A stretch of DNA of 64,000 bases from Bacteroidia bacterium (GTDB lineage: Bacteria; Bacteroidota; Bacteroidia; NS11-12g; UBA9320), in contig JAEPQQ010000001.1 of NCBI GenBank assembly GCA_017640445.1, positions 56,769-120,768 of the forward strand. Direction: 5' to 3'. Positions 30,054 to 40,292 of the stretch are shown piece by piece. Below the pieces are notes generated by a model. The model searched no databases, had not been told where the DNA came from, and was given only the letters and a program-made list of their open reading frames with translations. Each line of letters starts with the position of its first letter. Positions within the stretch are counted from its first letter, which is position 1. The position numbers were made by a program, and so were the translations under genes.

Positions 30054-30496
30054 ACACAACAGACAATCGAACACTGACACTAGAGCGCATATTTGATGCG
30101 CCCATTGACCTCGTGTGGGAAGCCTGGACAAAGCCCGATCATATTGTGAAATGGTGGGCGCCTGAAGGGATGATGGTTCAGGTGGTGGCACACGACTTTC
30201 GGGTAGGAGGCAAGTGGAAATATACTATGCCAATGCCCGATGGGAGTGAGTTTGTATCCGAGGGTGAGTACACTGAGATTGAAGAAGGTAGAAAAATTGT
30301 GACCTCGGCAAACTTTAGGCCTATGACGGAAGGCGTGGAACTTCAGGCGATTTTTGAGGAAAGCGGCGATAAAACGAAATTTACGTTCAACGTGGTTCAT
30401 GCAACCGAAGCGTACTGTCGGCAGCAAGAAGAAATGGGATTTTATAACGGATGGGGCTCAACGTTCGAACGCCTTAATGCCCTGGTCTCAGCGTAA
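30050..30496 (+). CDS. SRPBCC-family protein (AHSA1/Aha1-like)
   Basis: LTLERIFDAPIDLVWEAWTKPDHIVKWWAPEG. The gene overlaps the ArsR stop and looks co-transcribed with it. Confidence 0.75.
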   Translation: MNTTDNRTLTLERIFDAPIDLVWEAWTKPDHIVKWWAPEGMMVQVVAHDFRVGGKWKYTMPMPDGSEFVSEGEYTEIEEGRKIVTSANFRPMTEGVELQAIFEESGDKTKFTFNVVHATEAYCRQQEEMGFYNGWGSTFERLNALVSA

Positions 30497-30497
30497 T

Positions 30498-31286
30498 ATG
30501 ACAGCCAAATACGATCGCATTGGAGAAGGCTACAATGAAACTCGGAAAGCCGACCCGTATCTTGCTTCACGTTTGGTTGAGCATCTAAACCCCACAGTAG
30601 GTAAGAAGTACATTGATCTGGGTTGTGGTACAGGCAACTACACAATAGAAGTGAGTCGTTACGGAGGCCATTTTACAGGTGTAGATCCTTCTGAAAGGAT
30701 GCTGGAGATAGCCAGAGCCAAGAGTACGCGGATTGATTGGAAGATTGGCCAGGCCGAAGACATTGCACTACCAACCAATTCGTTTGATGGTGCTATGGCA
30801 ACTCTAACCCTTCATCATTGGACCAACCTTGAATTAGGATTTAAAGAATTGAGTCGGGTGCTAAAACCGCAAGCACCGGTAGTGCTGTTTGCTGCAACCG
30901 CTGAACAGATGGAAGGCTATTGGGTACGACACTATTTTCCAAAAATGGTCGCCGACTCTATGAAGCAGATGCCGTCGATGCATGATATGACCTTAGCCAT
31001 GTCCAAAGCCGGTTTTGTGGGCTTAACGTTTGAGCCATACGACGTTCAACCCGACTTGCAGGATAAGTTTCTGTATTGTGGTAAACACAATCCCTCCATA
31101 TACTTCGACAAGGACATTCAGCGAGGTATTTCCTCCTTCTCCGACATTGCCAATGAACAAGAAGTCAACGAGGGATTAAAACAGTTAGCCAGTGACATAC
31201 AAAGTGGTAAGATCAAGGAGGTAATGAAGTCGTACTCCAACCGCGACGGAGACTACATATTCATAGTGGCCCGGAACGGACCATAG
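30498..31286 (+). CDS. Class I SAM-dependent methyltransferase
   Basis: Met at 30498 directly after the upstream stop. YIDLGCGTGNYT motif I. Confidence 0.75.
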   Translation: MTAKYDRIGEGYNETRKADPYLASRLVEHLNPTVGKKYIDLGCGTGNYTIEVSRYGGHFTGVDPSERMLEIARAKSTRIDWKIGQAEDIALPTNSFDGAMATLTLHHWTNLELGFKELSRVLKPQAPVVLFAATAEQMEGYWVRHYFPKMVADSMKQMPSMHDMTLAMSKAGFVGLTFEPYDVQPDLQDKFLYCGKHNPSIYFDKDIQRGISSFSDIANEQEVNEGLKQLASDIQSGKIKEVMKSYSNRDGDYIFIVARNGP

Positions 31287-31379
31287 TATTTGTGGTCACC
31301 GGAAGTACATCCGCCTTCTGGCGTTATACCATAACGGGGATTCCACCGTTATTAACTATGTCGTACAACCAATCAAACA

Positions 31380-31751
31380 ATGCGGATCACGTTAAAAATT
31401 TTCTTAACTACCATTGCGTTCGCGATGGCTTTTTTCGGTTACTGGTTGATAAACCCAGACACCCGACTGGAAAGCCCAGGTTGCGCTTTTGCTACCATTA
31501 TTATCCCTAAACACGGTACCCAGTATGCAAAGGGGTATTCCAACCACGGTTTCAGTCAGATCAAGCATGGAGCTTCCGAACTAGAAGTAATTGAACTTCT
31601 GGGTGAGCCCATAAAGCGATGGACGGATCACAACGATGTCCTGAGATTCTCCTATTCGAAGTATGTAGGCTGCGAAAACTATCACATTCGACAAGTGATA
31701 TTTGATGAGGGCAAGGTGATTTCCAAACGGGCCTACTATTACATGGATTGA
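31380..31751 (+). CDS. Hypothetical secreted/membrane protein
   Basis: N-terminal hydrophobic segment ITLKIFLTTIAFAMAFFGYWLI. Confidence 0.45.
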   Translation: MRITLKIFLTTIAFAMAFFGYWLINPDTRLESPGCAFATIIIPKHGTQYAKGYSNHGFSQIKHGASELEVIELLGEPIKRWTDHNDVLRFSYSKYVGCENYHIRQVIFDEGKVISKRAYYYMD

Positions 31752-31790
31752 TAAAATATTTGATAATTTGCTCGCTCAAACAATGCAATC

Positions 31791-32630
31791 ATGAGCAATT
31801 ACATCCCGCCACTGGCACGCAAGGAATTCTGCTACACCGATTACGAGAGACCTTCTATTGTTGAAGACCTGGATAAAGAAGACCGAAAAACTTCTCATTT
31901 GGCCATATACAAGGACACCAAAAACCTACACGTATTATCCGAATTTGACCCGGAGTATCTATGGTTGATTAATCTCAACGAACCGGTGTTCCACTCGATA
32001 ATTGAAAAAGTCAATCCTCGCTTTTTGCATGTTTACGGATGTAAGGTGACCGATTATAGTCCGCTTGAGCACTTCAACCTTCTTGAAATCTGTATTGTGA
32101 TTTGGAACACCAAAGCCAGACAGTTGTGGCAGGTGGAGGCCAATACGGCTTTGCGGGAGTTGCATATTGAAAACCTGGCAAAGTTGCATGATTTCACTCA
32201 ACTAAGAGACGCACATTCGCTGCGCTATCTTGGAATTGAAGGAGGTATGTGGGAGAAACAAACGGTGACAAGTCTTGACATGTTAAACGGACTGTCTAAC
32301 CTCGAACGACTGCGGTTGGTGCACCTCAAGATTGTCAATGGCGGATTGCAACCGCTGGCCGATCTTACACAGCTACAGAGCCTTGGGCTGTCCAATGCCC
32401 ACAAAACCGAAGATGTCGCATGGCTATCCACAAGGCTTAGCAACACCATATGCAACTTGTTCGCTCCATATGTTGAGGTAGAGTTTATTGCGGATGGAGA
32501 ACTGGAATACGATGTTATGATTACTGGTAGCCGAAAGCCCTTTTTACACTCAACGAAGGACAAGGAGAAAATCGCGAAGTATGTAGAGAAATACGAGGCA
32601 CTGGTGCGCAAATTTCAGAATACCCTATAA
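31791..32630 (+). CDS. Leucine-rich-repeat-like protein
   Basis: Repeated LxxLxLxxL segments, e.g. LSNLERLRLVHLKIVNGGLQPLADLTQLQSLGLSN. Confidence 0.45.
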   Translation: MSNYIPPLARKEFCYTDYERPSIVEDLDKEDRKTSHLAIYKDTKNLHVLSEFDPEYLWLINLNEPVFHSIIEKVNPRFLHVYGCKVTDYSPLEHFNLLEICIVIWNTKARQLWQVEANTALRELHIENLAKLHDFTQLRDAHSLRYLGIEGGMWEKQTVTSLDMLNGLSNLERLRLVHLKIVNGGLQPLADLTQLQSLGLSNAHKTEDVAWLSTRLSNTICNLFAPYVEVEFIADGELEYDVMITGSRKPFLHSTKDKEKIAKYVEKYEALVRKFQNTL

Positions 32631-32675
32631 ACGTTGGTGTATAGAACAAATCCATACATTCGTATGCGATATTGA

Positions 32676-33155
32676 ATGAACTATATAGAACCAAGAATCG
32701 AAATTATACCGGCGCGAACTCTGGTAGGCTTCAAAATGGAAATGAGCCTGATAAACAACCGAACGCACGAGTTGTGGAAGGCGTTTATGACCAGGAGATC
32801 AGAAATCGTGAATGCCGTTTTACCCAACCTGTATTCACTACAAGTTTATTCACCCGACTATTTTTCGTCTTTTGTGCCTACCAATCGATTTACCAAGTGG
32901 GCTTTAACGGAGGTTACCAGTACCGATAATCTTCCTGAAGGCATGGAGGCCTTTTTGTTAGAAGGAGGGCAGTATGCGGTGTTCGATCAGAAGGGCCACG
33001 ACAAGTCCATATTCTCGTACATATATTCCAAATGGGTTCATCACTCTAACTACCGATTGGACGATCGACCGCATTTTGAAGTGTTAGGAGAAAAATACAA
33101 GAACGACGACCCGAATTCGGAGGAGGAGATCTGGATTCCTGTTAAACCAAAATGA
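32676..33155 (+). CDS. GyrI-like small-molecule-binding domain protein
   Basis: PRIEIIPARTLVGF ... EGGQYAVFDQKGH pattern. Confidence 0.65.
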   Translation: MNYIEPRIEIIPARTLVGFKMEMSLINNRTHELWKAFMTRRSEIVNAVLPNLYSLQVYSPDYFSSFVPTNRFTKWALTEVTSTDNLPEGMEAFLLEGGQYAVFDQKGHDKSIFSYIYSKWVHHSNYRLDDRPHFEVLGEKYKNDDPNSEEEIWIPVKPK

Positions 33156-33164
33156 TTTTGGATT

Positions 33165-33734
33165 ATGACTGAGTTAGAAGTGTACATATCGTCTTATTTT
33201 GGAGCACCTACCGATGCGGTAGGTAAACTATCAACGCTTTTTGTAGAAGAAGAGCTGAAGCGTGACGATATTCACACCCGAACAGGTAGTTATCATGGAC
33301 GACTGAGCTTTGTTCGCTCTGGTTATCTTAGAATCTATAAACAAACCGAACTCAAAGAGGTGACGCAATGGATATCTTCGCCTGGAGAGTTTACTGCCGA
33401 CTTAAACGCAATCATGTTCAATCAACCTGCCCGTTGGACGATTCAGGCACTCACCGATTGCCAGTTGTATACGATACATCAGGAAGACTATAAAAAGATT
33501 GGAACATTGATTCCGGAGTGGACCAACTTAGAAAGGCTGTTTCTTGGTAAGTGCTTTATAACACTTGAGGAACGTGTATTTTCATTTTTGTCCCTAACCG
33601 CAGAAGAGCGTTACAAACTTTTTTTCGAAGAGAGGAAAGAGTTATTTAACCTGGTATCGTTGCAATACATTGCCTCCATGTTGGGCATGACGCCTGAAAC
33701 GTTCAGTCGAATAAGGAAGAAAATGAGTTCTTGA
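33165..33734 (+). CDS. Crp/Fnr-family transcriptional regulator
   Basis: An N-terminal cNMP-binding-like domain and a C-terminal HTH. Confidence 0.7.
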   Translation: MTELEVYISSYFGAPTDAVGKLSTLFVEEELKRDDIHTRTGSYHGRLSFVRSGYLRIYKQTELKEVTQWISSPGEFTADLNAIMFNQPARWTIQALTDCQLYTIHQEDYKKIGTLIPEWTNLERLFLGKCFITLEERVFSFLSLTAEERYKLFFEERKELFNLVSLQYIASMLGMTPETFSRIRKKMSS

Positions 33735-33794
33735 TATTTGTCAAGAGAGACCTCCGTTGCAGCCTCAATCTTTGCCATAACAAAAAAGATAAAT

Positions 33795-34220
33795 ATGGCA
33801 TTTGAAATTAACACATCAATCAGAATTGAGGCAACACCTTCACAGATTTGGACCGTTTTTTCCGATTTTTCCAACTACAAGGAATGGAACCAATTTATTC
33901 ACTCAATAGAAGGTGAAATCGTTGAGGGTCAACGATTTAAGGCCACCGTTGGCAATATGAACTTTAAACCAACTGTGTTGACATATGAGCCAAACAAAAA
34001 ATTTGAATGGATTGGTCGGCTGCTGCTCCCAGGCATTTTTGACGGGCGGCACGTATTTGAACTTATGGACAATGGTGACGGCAGCACAACATTTGTTCAG
34101 AAGGAGTATTTCAACGGCATTCTGGTTCCGGTTTTTAGAAAGAAGTTAGACACCGAAGTGCGAGGCGAGTTCGAAAAAATGAACGCAGCTCTGAAGCACC
34201 GCGTCGAGAGCATGAAGTAA
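33795..34220 (+). CDS. SRPBCC-family (polyketide-cyclase/START-like) protein
   Basis: Met at 33795. IRIEATPSQIWTVFSDFSNYKEWN. Confidence 0.65.
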   Translation: MAFEINTSIRIEATPSQIWTVFSDFSNYKEWNQFIHSIEGEIVEGQRFKATVGNMNFKPTVLTYEPNKKFEWIGRLLLPGIFDGRHVFELMDNGDGSTTFVQKEYFNGILVPVFRKKLDTEVRGEFEKMNAALKHRVESMK

Positions 34221-34303
34221 GTTATCGGTTCTTGGTGTTAAGTGAACGGTATTCGTTTTAAATTGAAACGTTGTACTTTCGGTCGTCCAAATGATCACAT
34301 GGT

Positions 34304-34957
34304 ATGAGGATAGGAATTGCGACGATAAAGCCAATGAAAAAACACAAAGGGCAGTTTATTGGAACCCAGTTTATCATTCTGGTAATACCCCTTATCCCAA
34401 TTCAAAGTCACTTTTTTATTGGCGAGTACGGCCGAAGTATAGAGATCGGATGGTACTGGCGACAGATCGTGAAGGCGTATATGGTTTTTATTAGCCTATT
34501 GGGAGGTATAGCCGTAATTGGCATGAGTGCGGCACCAGGAAATAACAACATTATCGAAAACAAGACGCTCGCATTTGGACTTGTGGTGGCTTGTATAGCT
34601 GCCCTGATTTACTTCGGTTTTTTCATAGGACGGATGAATGAGGAAGAGAAGGAATTAAGGGACTTATACGGCGACGCTGTAGGTATGAATGCACTTCCTG
34701 AGTACCTGAATCAAAAAGCGGCTAAGGAGCTTCTACGGTCTTTATCTCTTGACTTTATGACGAAAACGAAGAGTGATTGGGGGCAATTGGTTAAGGAGGG
34801 TAGTTATACATCCGAACAGGTGCCTATGCTGTTTGCTCTTACGGGTTATCAACTAAAGATTGAGTCCAGCCCAATGATGGAGTTGAAACACCAAAAACTA
34901 CTGGAAGAATACAAAGAGATTAAGAAAAAACGTTTGTTGAATAATGACAAGGCCTAG
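34304..34957 (+). CDS. Hypothetical membrane protein
   Basis: Multiple hydrophobic helices. Confidence 0.45.
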   Translation: MRIGIATIKPMKKHKGQFIGTQFIILVIPLIPIQSHFFIGEYGRSIEIGWYWRQIVKAYMVFISLLGGIAVIGMSAAPGNNNIIENKTLAFGLVVACIAALIYFGFFIGRMNEEEKELRDLYGDAVGMNALPEYLNQKAAKELLRSLSLDFMTKTKSDWGQLVKEGSYTSEQVPMLFALTGYQLKIESSPMMELKHQKLLEEYKEIKKKRLLNNDKA

Positions 34958-35432
34958 AATAAAGTTGGAATGGACGGTAGGAGACAAACTCGTGTTTGGT
35001 TTGGGTCTTCTTGGCGTGTTGGTTCTTATCGTTTTGCCATTTTGGTTTTACAACGACTTGCCGGATCGTATTCCGAAGCACTTTAATGCGGCGGGACAAC
35101 CCGATGCGTTTGGTACCCGGTCGTCCATATGGATATCACCTATTGTTGGTGTGGTACTGTTCATTGGAATGGCGGTGCTCAATCAGTATCCACATCTATT
35201 TAACTACCTGAAACCAATTACCCAGGATAATTACGAGTCACAATACCGAAATGCGACCCGCCTCCTGCGATTGATCAACGTGATAATGGTCTGGGTATTT
35301 GCCTACATAACATATGGAACCATACAAACGGCCTTGGGTAAGGTAGATGGGTTGGGACCTGGCCCGGTGTTAGGTGTAGTGGGATTGATGGTTGTCATTT
35401 CAGTTGTTTACATGACCCGTTCCGGTAAATGA
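34944..35432 (+). CDS. DUF1648 membrane protein
   Basis: LVFGLGLLGVLVLIVLPFWFYNDLPDRIPKHFNAAGQPD signature. Confidence 0.6.
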   Translation: MTRPRIKLEWTVGDKLVFGLGLLGVLVLIVLPFWFYNDLPDRIPKHFNAAGQPDAFGTRSSIWISPIVGVVLFIGMAVLNQYPHLFNYLKPITQDNYESQYRNATRLLRLINVIMVWVFAYITYGTIQTALGKVDGLGPGPVLGVVGLMVVISVVYMTRSGK

Positions 35433-36157
35433 AAAAGACATTGGCCATAACATGGGGTGTATGGGTAGTAACGATGATTTGCTCTTGCAACACTTCCCCT
35501 GATGGCCAACCTTTACGGGAAACACAAGCTCAGAGTATAAAACCAGGATACGCAGTTCAATACAGACCGAATTGGTTTGCGCATGGCGACGCAGCTAAAA
35601 CAAAGAAACTTATGTCCATGCCCGCAGCTATGTTTTGCGATCAACCAAGTAAGCATCCAGTAGATATCATAGCGAGAAAAGACATTGACAGCCTGAAGCG
35701 TGAGGGTGTTGACACGATTTTGCTGTATAGGCACTGGTTGTTTACCAATGGTTATAATGGGTACGGCAAGTTGATTTGGAAAGAAAGAGGTGAAACACGC
35801 CAATATCAATACAACTTTGAGTCGCAGTGGAACACATACGGTATTTCAAGTGTGGTATATCGTGTTTCTCAGGAGAACTCTGGCTTGCGTTATTTTCTTG
35901 AAAACAGACTTGATACAATAACATCGTACCCGGTATACCCCATTTACTTTGCCTGTTACAGTCATATGCCACATCATTTTGTTTACTTTCATATCGATCA
36001 ACGGCAGGATTGTTTCAACTACACAGGACCACTAAATCCAGAAGGTAAGCACCCCTATGAGGAGTTAATCAGACGATTGGGTTTTTCGAATGCCGAATAC
36101 GAACTTGAACTCAAGAAATATGGCTCAGGTAGGCCTATAATATCCTTAGAAGAATAG
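35429..36157 (+). CDS. Hypothetical secreted protein
   Basis: Signal/lipoprotein N-terminus TLAITWGVWVVTMICSC. Confidence 0.45.
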   Translation: MKKTLAITWGVWVVTMICSCNTSPDGQPLRETQAQSIKPGYAVQYRPNWFAHGDAAKTKKLMSMPAAMFCDQPSKHPVDIIARKDIDSLKREGVDTILLYRHWLFTNGYNGYGKLIWKERGETRQYQYNFESQWNTYGISSVVYRVSQENSGLRYFLENRLDTITSYPVYPIYFACYSHMPHHFVYFHIDQRQDCFNYTGPLNPEGKHPYEELIRRLGFSNAEYELELKKYGSGRPIISLEE

Positions 36158-36208
36158 ACTTCGGGCCATGCGTATACTGCATCTCATACTTTTGACCCTG
36201 GGCCTGTC

Positions 36209-36748
36209 TTGCGCCAACGTTTATACGGTTTTAATATGAAACAAGAGGAGTTTGGCCGGCGGTTGAATGCTGCGAGTAAACAATTACTCGAGCTTACAGA
36301 TGTGTACGTCAGCAATGAGCTTTCAGACAATATGTGGTATATGGTCGTTCCTTCCAACCCTGAGAAAAGTGACCATCTAACCTCCTTTGAACTTGAGCAG
36401 CTGGACCGCGTAAATTGCTTCGCTGGGGAGGGGCTTAGTGCTACTCAGGTGATAACACTTCTTTGGCTAGACAGGCGGGTGCCGCTCTATATCAACATGG
36501 AAGTATGGAAATCGGAGGGTGAACGAACCTTGATACAACTTCTTTGCAGCAGGAGATACCGTCAAGACCAGGATTTGCTTCGTGGTACCGATACAAATCC
36601 GCCGTTCCATATTCAAGTTGGTCTTCCGCCCGAATACCAACAAGGGCAAAAAATTGATGTCAACTGGAAGTGCGAGAAACCGAAATCAAACTGGCTTCAA
36701 CGTTCATGGTCAACTCTAAAACGTTTAATATTACCAGGATATAAATGA
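36209..36748 (+). CDS. Hypothetical protein
   Basis: A 179-aa ORF. Confidence 0.4.
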   Translation: MRQRLYGFNMKQEEFGRRLNAASKQLLELTDVYVSNELSDNMWYMVVPSNPEKSDHLTSFELEQLDRVNCFAGEGLSATQVITLLWLDRRVPLYINMEVWKSEGERTLIQLLCSRRYRQDQDLLRGTDTNPPFHIQVGLPPEYQQGQKIDVNWKCEKPKSNWLQRSWSTLKRLILPGYK

Positions 36749-37119
36749 ATCTAAATCAAGTTACAGTACCTGTTGTAAACATGGCCTCGTCCATTGCTTT
36801 TTATACGAAACTGGGTTTGAAGCTAATCGTCCATTCTAACGACGATTACGCCCGGTTTGAATGTCCAGGTGGTTCAACCTTTTCCCTCCAGAGGGAGCAT
36901 CGGGTTTCAACCAAGTCAGGAATTCACGTCTACTTCGAATGTGAGGACCTTGACGAAAAAGTACAAGGTCTTCTAAACGAAGGTGTTTCATTCCTTGAAC
37001 TGCCTAACGACAAGCCTTGGTTATGGAGGGAAGCACACCTGGAAGATCCCGATGCTAATCATATTGTGTTGTACCTTGCAAGAGAAAACAGATTAAACCC
37101 GCCCTGGAGAATTTCGTAA
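36745..37119 (+). CDS. VOC/glyoxalase-family protein
   Basis: LNQVTVPVVNMASSIAFYTKLGL glyoxalase motif. Confidence 0.6.
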   Translation: MNLNQVTVPVVNMASSIAFYTKLGLKLIVHSNDDYARFECPGGSTFSLQREHRVSTKSGIHVYFECEDLDEKVQGLLNEGVSFLELPNDKPWLWREAHLEDPDANHIVLYLARENRLNPPWRIS

Positions 37120-37125
37120 CGAACC

Positions 37126-37866
37126 ATGAACAACCGCCTTGAACGTATAATAGATGAGGCATATCGTGTCTTTAAACCCTATAAGGCATCCAAGCCGTTA
37201 GACGCTTGCACCGATTGTTGTCTTGGTCGTGAACAGGAAGACGAACTCGTGTCGATGGCAATTAGGCAAATTCCCTTCGACTTGTTCTATGAGTACAATT
37301 CGGCGGCCAAGCCAACGCAACTCAATCCCGAAGAAGTCTTGCATTTTTTGCCTCGGCTTTTGGAATTAACCGCCGAGTTTCGGTTTACGTACCATTCTGC
37401 GGAGCTGGTTCTTTCGCGAATGGCCTGTTTAAACCTGGAAGAAATGCCAGAGATTGAGTGCATGGTGCTGATGCAGTATGCCGAGTTATTGGTGGAGAAG
37501 GCCCTGAGGCAATATCCGCTACCCGAATTGGAACGGATGGATTCCATTATTGCCATGTTGTACAACGGAGGTTTTGCAGTTGAACCCATGTTAACCCAAT
37601 GGGAAAACAATGGAAGTGACGAGGCCTTGCTTCATTTTGCAGACCTTGTGTTGGATGGCCTTCAAGACAAAAATGGGAACATTTACAAAAATGGATTCGC
37701 GGACCAAACCTTTAATCAGACGTTTCAAAATTGGCTGAAACGCCCACAAGTGCTCGACGGGTTTAAAAGGCAATTGGAGGAGGTGGTAATGCACAGCAAT
37801 TCCTACGATTCAGAAGTGGTTGAACGATGCAGCTGGGCGTACGATAAGCTATATTATGGCTTGTAA
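37126..37866 (+). CDS. Hypothetical protein
   Basis: A 246-aa ORF. Confidence 0.45.
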   Translation: MNNRLERIIDEAYRVFKPYKASKPLDACTDCCLGREQEDELVSMAIRQIPFDLFYEYNSAAKPTQLNPEEVLHFLPRLLELTAEFRFTYHSAELVLSRMACLNLEEMPEIECMVLMQYAELLVEKALRQYPLPELERMDSIIAMLYNGGFAVEPMLTQWENNGSDEALLHFADLVLDGLQDKNGNIYKNGFADQTFNQTFQNWLKRPQVLDGFKRQLEEVVMHSNSYDSEVVERCSWAYDKLYYGL

Positions 37867-37950
37867 CCTACCTTTCACAGGAAGTGTTTGGACAATCGTT
37901 CTGTCCGCAGTAACTTCGGAGACATAGCAAAACACGAACGTTAAACAAAT

Positions 37951-38406
37951 GTGTCTATGAAACTGAGTTTAGATATTGCAATTGATGGAAGCCGTGAGGC
38001 GATCTGGGCCGTTATCTCCGATATTGAAAATGCCGTTGATCGAATCAGTGGCATTGACAAAATTGAGATTCACGAAAAGCCTGAAAGTGGTTTGGTCGGA
38101 TTAAAGTGGACCGAAACACGAACCCTGTTTGGTAAAAGTGCCACCGAAACCATGTGGATCACTGAAGAGTCGCCTAACGAGTATTACAAGACCCGGGCAG
38201 AGAATCATGGTGCTATTTACACTTCGGGCCTTCGAATTCTTGAACGCGATGGTAAGAATTATCTGGAAATGTTCTTTGAGTCTGAGCCTCAAACTTTCAT
38301 GGCTAAGGTTATGAGCAAACTGATGGGCTTTATGTTTAAAAAAGCGACCATCAAAGCCTTGCAACAAGACCTTGACGACATAAAGAAAGCAGTTGAGTCT
38401 ACTTAA
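37951..38406 (+). CDS. SRPBCC-family protein
   Basis: IDGSREAIWAVISDIENAV pattern. Confidence 0.6.
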   Translation: MSMKLSLDIAIDGSREAIWAVISDIENAVDRISGIDKIEIHEKPESGLVGLKWTETRTLFGKSATETMWITEESPNEYYKTRAENHGAIYTSGLRILERDGKNYLEMFFESEPQTFMAKVMSKLMGFMFKKATIKALQQDLDDIKKAVEST

Positions 38407-38412
38407 GATCAA

Positions 38413-38826
38413 GTGATGACCCAAAACCAACTTTCCATTTCTGCTGCCTTATTGGTAGCATTCATGCTCGTCGTGCCGATTCGAATTGACGCAAAAGGAG
38501 TACGAGACACTTATGCACTCTCAGGAGTAGCGTATCACAAGAATCAACCGATTACAAATGATCTGTTGGTTCTACGGTTTAATAAGGAGGTTTTTCGAGC
38601 TCAGACCGATTCATTGGGTAACTATGTATTTCGGGTTCCCTGGGGACTTCCCTGTAAATCAGGTGTTTCGTCTTTCCAATACAAAAAGAGAATGAATCAA
38701 ATGAACCCGGAACATCTCCTCATACAATGGAATACATACGCGATTAAGGTTAAAAACGAATGGCCCCGGAAAGGGCTGAAAGCGAAGAATACAGATAGAA
38801 ATAATCGAGATTTATTCTTCAAGTAG
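38413..38826 (+). CDS. Secreted protein with a carboxypeptidase-regulatory-like domain
   Basis: Signal peptide. TDSLGNYVFRVP is the CarbopepD_reg-like motif. Confidence 0.45.
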   Translation: MMTQNQLSISAALLVAFMLVVPIRIDAKGVRDTYALSGVAYHKNQPITNDLLVLRFNKEVFRAQTDSLGNYVFRVPWGLPCKSGVSSFQYKKRMNQMNPEHLLIQWNTYAIKVKNEWPRKGLKAKNTDRNNRDLFFK

Positions 38827-38834
38827 TATAGAAG

Positions 38835-39680
38835 ATGAGCAGGTTTATTCAGTGGCTGATTCATTTTTGGTTGAATCTTACAGGCCGAAAAGTCGATGTA
38901 GAACGTTTCCCGTTTCTCAATGGCCCAATGGGCATCTCTTCCGAAATTGGTGATCAATTTTACAAGGAAGTAGCCGACCAGGAGGGCCTGGAGGTAAGAG
39001 AAGAAGAAGGCGGTCTGCTAACCGACTTTAGGGAAGTGCTCGACCCAACTTCTCCTCATTACGATACATTGATACCCGAAATCGCGAGGTTTTATGAACA
39101 AACCTCTCAATATTCTTTGGAGGTATGGACCAAGTGGATACCGCCCGTAAGCTGGTTGGCGCACATCATTATCCGTATTGTGAGTGTGGAAATGAAGCAG
39201 CTTAACATACCCATTGACGAGTTGGATACGAGTTATGGTATGACGAGTAAAGTAATTCGATTGGTTGAAAAGAATGGAACGGTGCGCTATACGTGTTGGC
39301 TGCGAAAGTCGAACAAATCGGATCGAGTGGTATATGCAGGGTTTTATAGTGGTTTTCAACTGGAAGAAACCTCTCACAAATACGTACGTGTCGTGTTTCC
39401 GTTGCCGAAGGGAAATGTAACCGTAGTTTTAAGAGTTGAACTTTTGCCGGATGGTTCGGTTGACCTTGTATCCAGGGGACGTGGGTTTGGAGGCATAGGT
39501 TACTATCGATTGCATAAGAATAAGAGAGGAATATTAAAGGCCCGCATGATCCCGATCAAGGAGTCGATTCATGTATTTAAGGATGAGGAGGGAACACTTC
39601 GTACCGATCACATCTTCAGTTGGTGGAAGAGAAAGTTTTTACACCTCCATTATAAAATCATACCACGATCGAAGGCTTAA
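38835..39680 (+). CDS. Hypothetical protein
   Basis: A 281-aa ORF. Confidence 0.45.
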   Translation: MSRFIQWLIHFWLNLTGRKVDVERFPFLNGPMGISSEIGDQFYKEVADQEGLEVREEEGGLLTDFREVLDPTSPHYDTLIPEIARFYEQTSQYSLEVWTKWIPPVSWLAHIIIRIVSVEMKQLNIPIDELDTSYGMTSKVIRLVEKNGTVRYTCWLRKSNKSDRVVYAGFYSGFQLEETSHKYVRVVFPLPKGNVTVVLRVELLPDGSVDLVSRGRGFGGIGYYRLHKNKRGILKARMIPIKESIHVFKDEEGTLRTDHIFSWWKRKFLHLHYKIIPRSKA

Positions 39681-39723
39681 CCTTGCGGAGAATCATACGT
39701 AATTCTACTTTTGAAATCAAGTT

Positions 39724-40272
39724 ATGAAGATTGACGAAATACAAACAACCAGGTTGGTTTTAAGAAAGTTTGATGTAGACGTGTTAAACCATGTACACAC
39801 TGCATATTCCGAAGAAAAGTTAAGGGAGTTTCTCGGAGCAAAAACCGAAGAGGAGTTCGAAAAGGAACGAAAGCGATACGAAGGCGGTTGGACTACCTTC
39901 AATCGAACATTTCTTTTCTTTCACATACTGCTTAAGGAAACCCGTGAACTAATTGGGTGGTGTGGGTATCACACCTGGTACACAGATCACGACCGGGCAG
40001 AGATGGGATACGGATTGTTTGATGATAAATGGAAGCAAAAAGGCTTTATGTCCGAAGCGATGGAGGCGGTATTGGATTATGGTTTCGACGAAATGAACCT
40101 GCATCGGGTGGAGGCCTTTATTGGTGAGGAGAATGAGGCATCAAAACGTACCGTGGGCAAGTTTAATTTTGTTCGTGAAGGCTTGATGAGAGAGCATTAT
40201 TTCAACAATGGAAAGCATGAGGATTCACTGGTGTATTCGTTGCTTCGAAGCGAGTATAAACCAGGTCAATAG
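39724..40272 (+). CDS. GNAT-family N-acetyltransferase
   Basis: RLVLRKF...IGWCGYHTW...GYGLFDDKWKQKGFMSEAMEAVLDYGF pattern. Confidence 0.75.
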   Translation: MKIDEIQTTRLVLRKFDVDVLNHVHTAYSEEKLREFLGAKTEEEFEKERKRYEGGWTTFNRTFLFFHILLKETRELIGWCGYHTWYTDHDRAEMGYGLFDDKWKQKGFMSEAMEAVLDYGFDEMNLHRVEAFIGEENEASKRTVGKFNFVREGLMREHYFNNGKHEDSLVYSLLRSEYKPGQ

Positions 40273-40292
40273 ATTAACAGGGTAACACGATT

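Noticed and set aside
31292-31510. 72-aa ORF overlapping the start of the 31380-31751 gene
   Set aside because: It is in a different frame from a more plausible signal-peptide-bearing ORF and has no features of its own.
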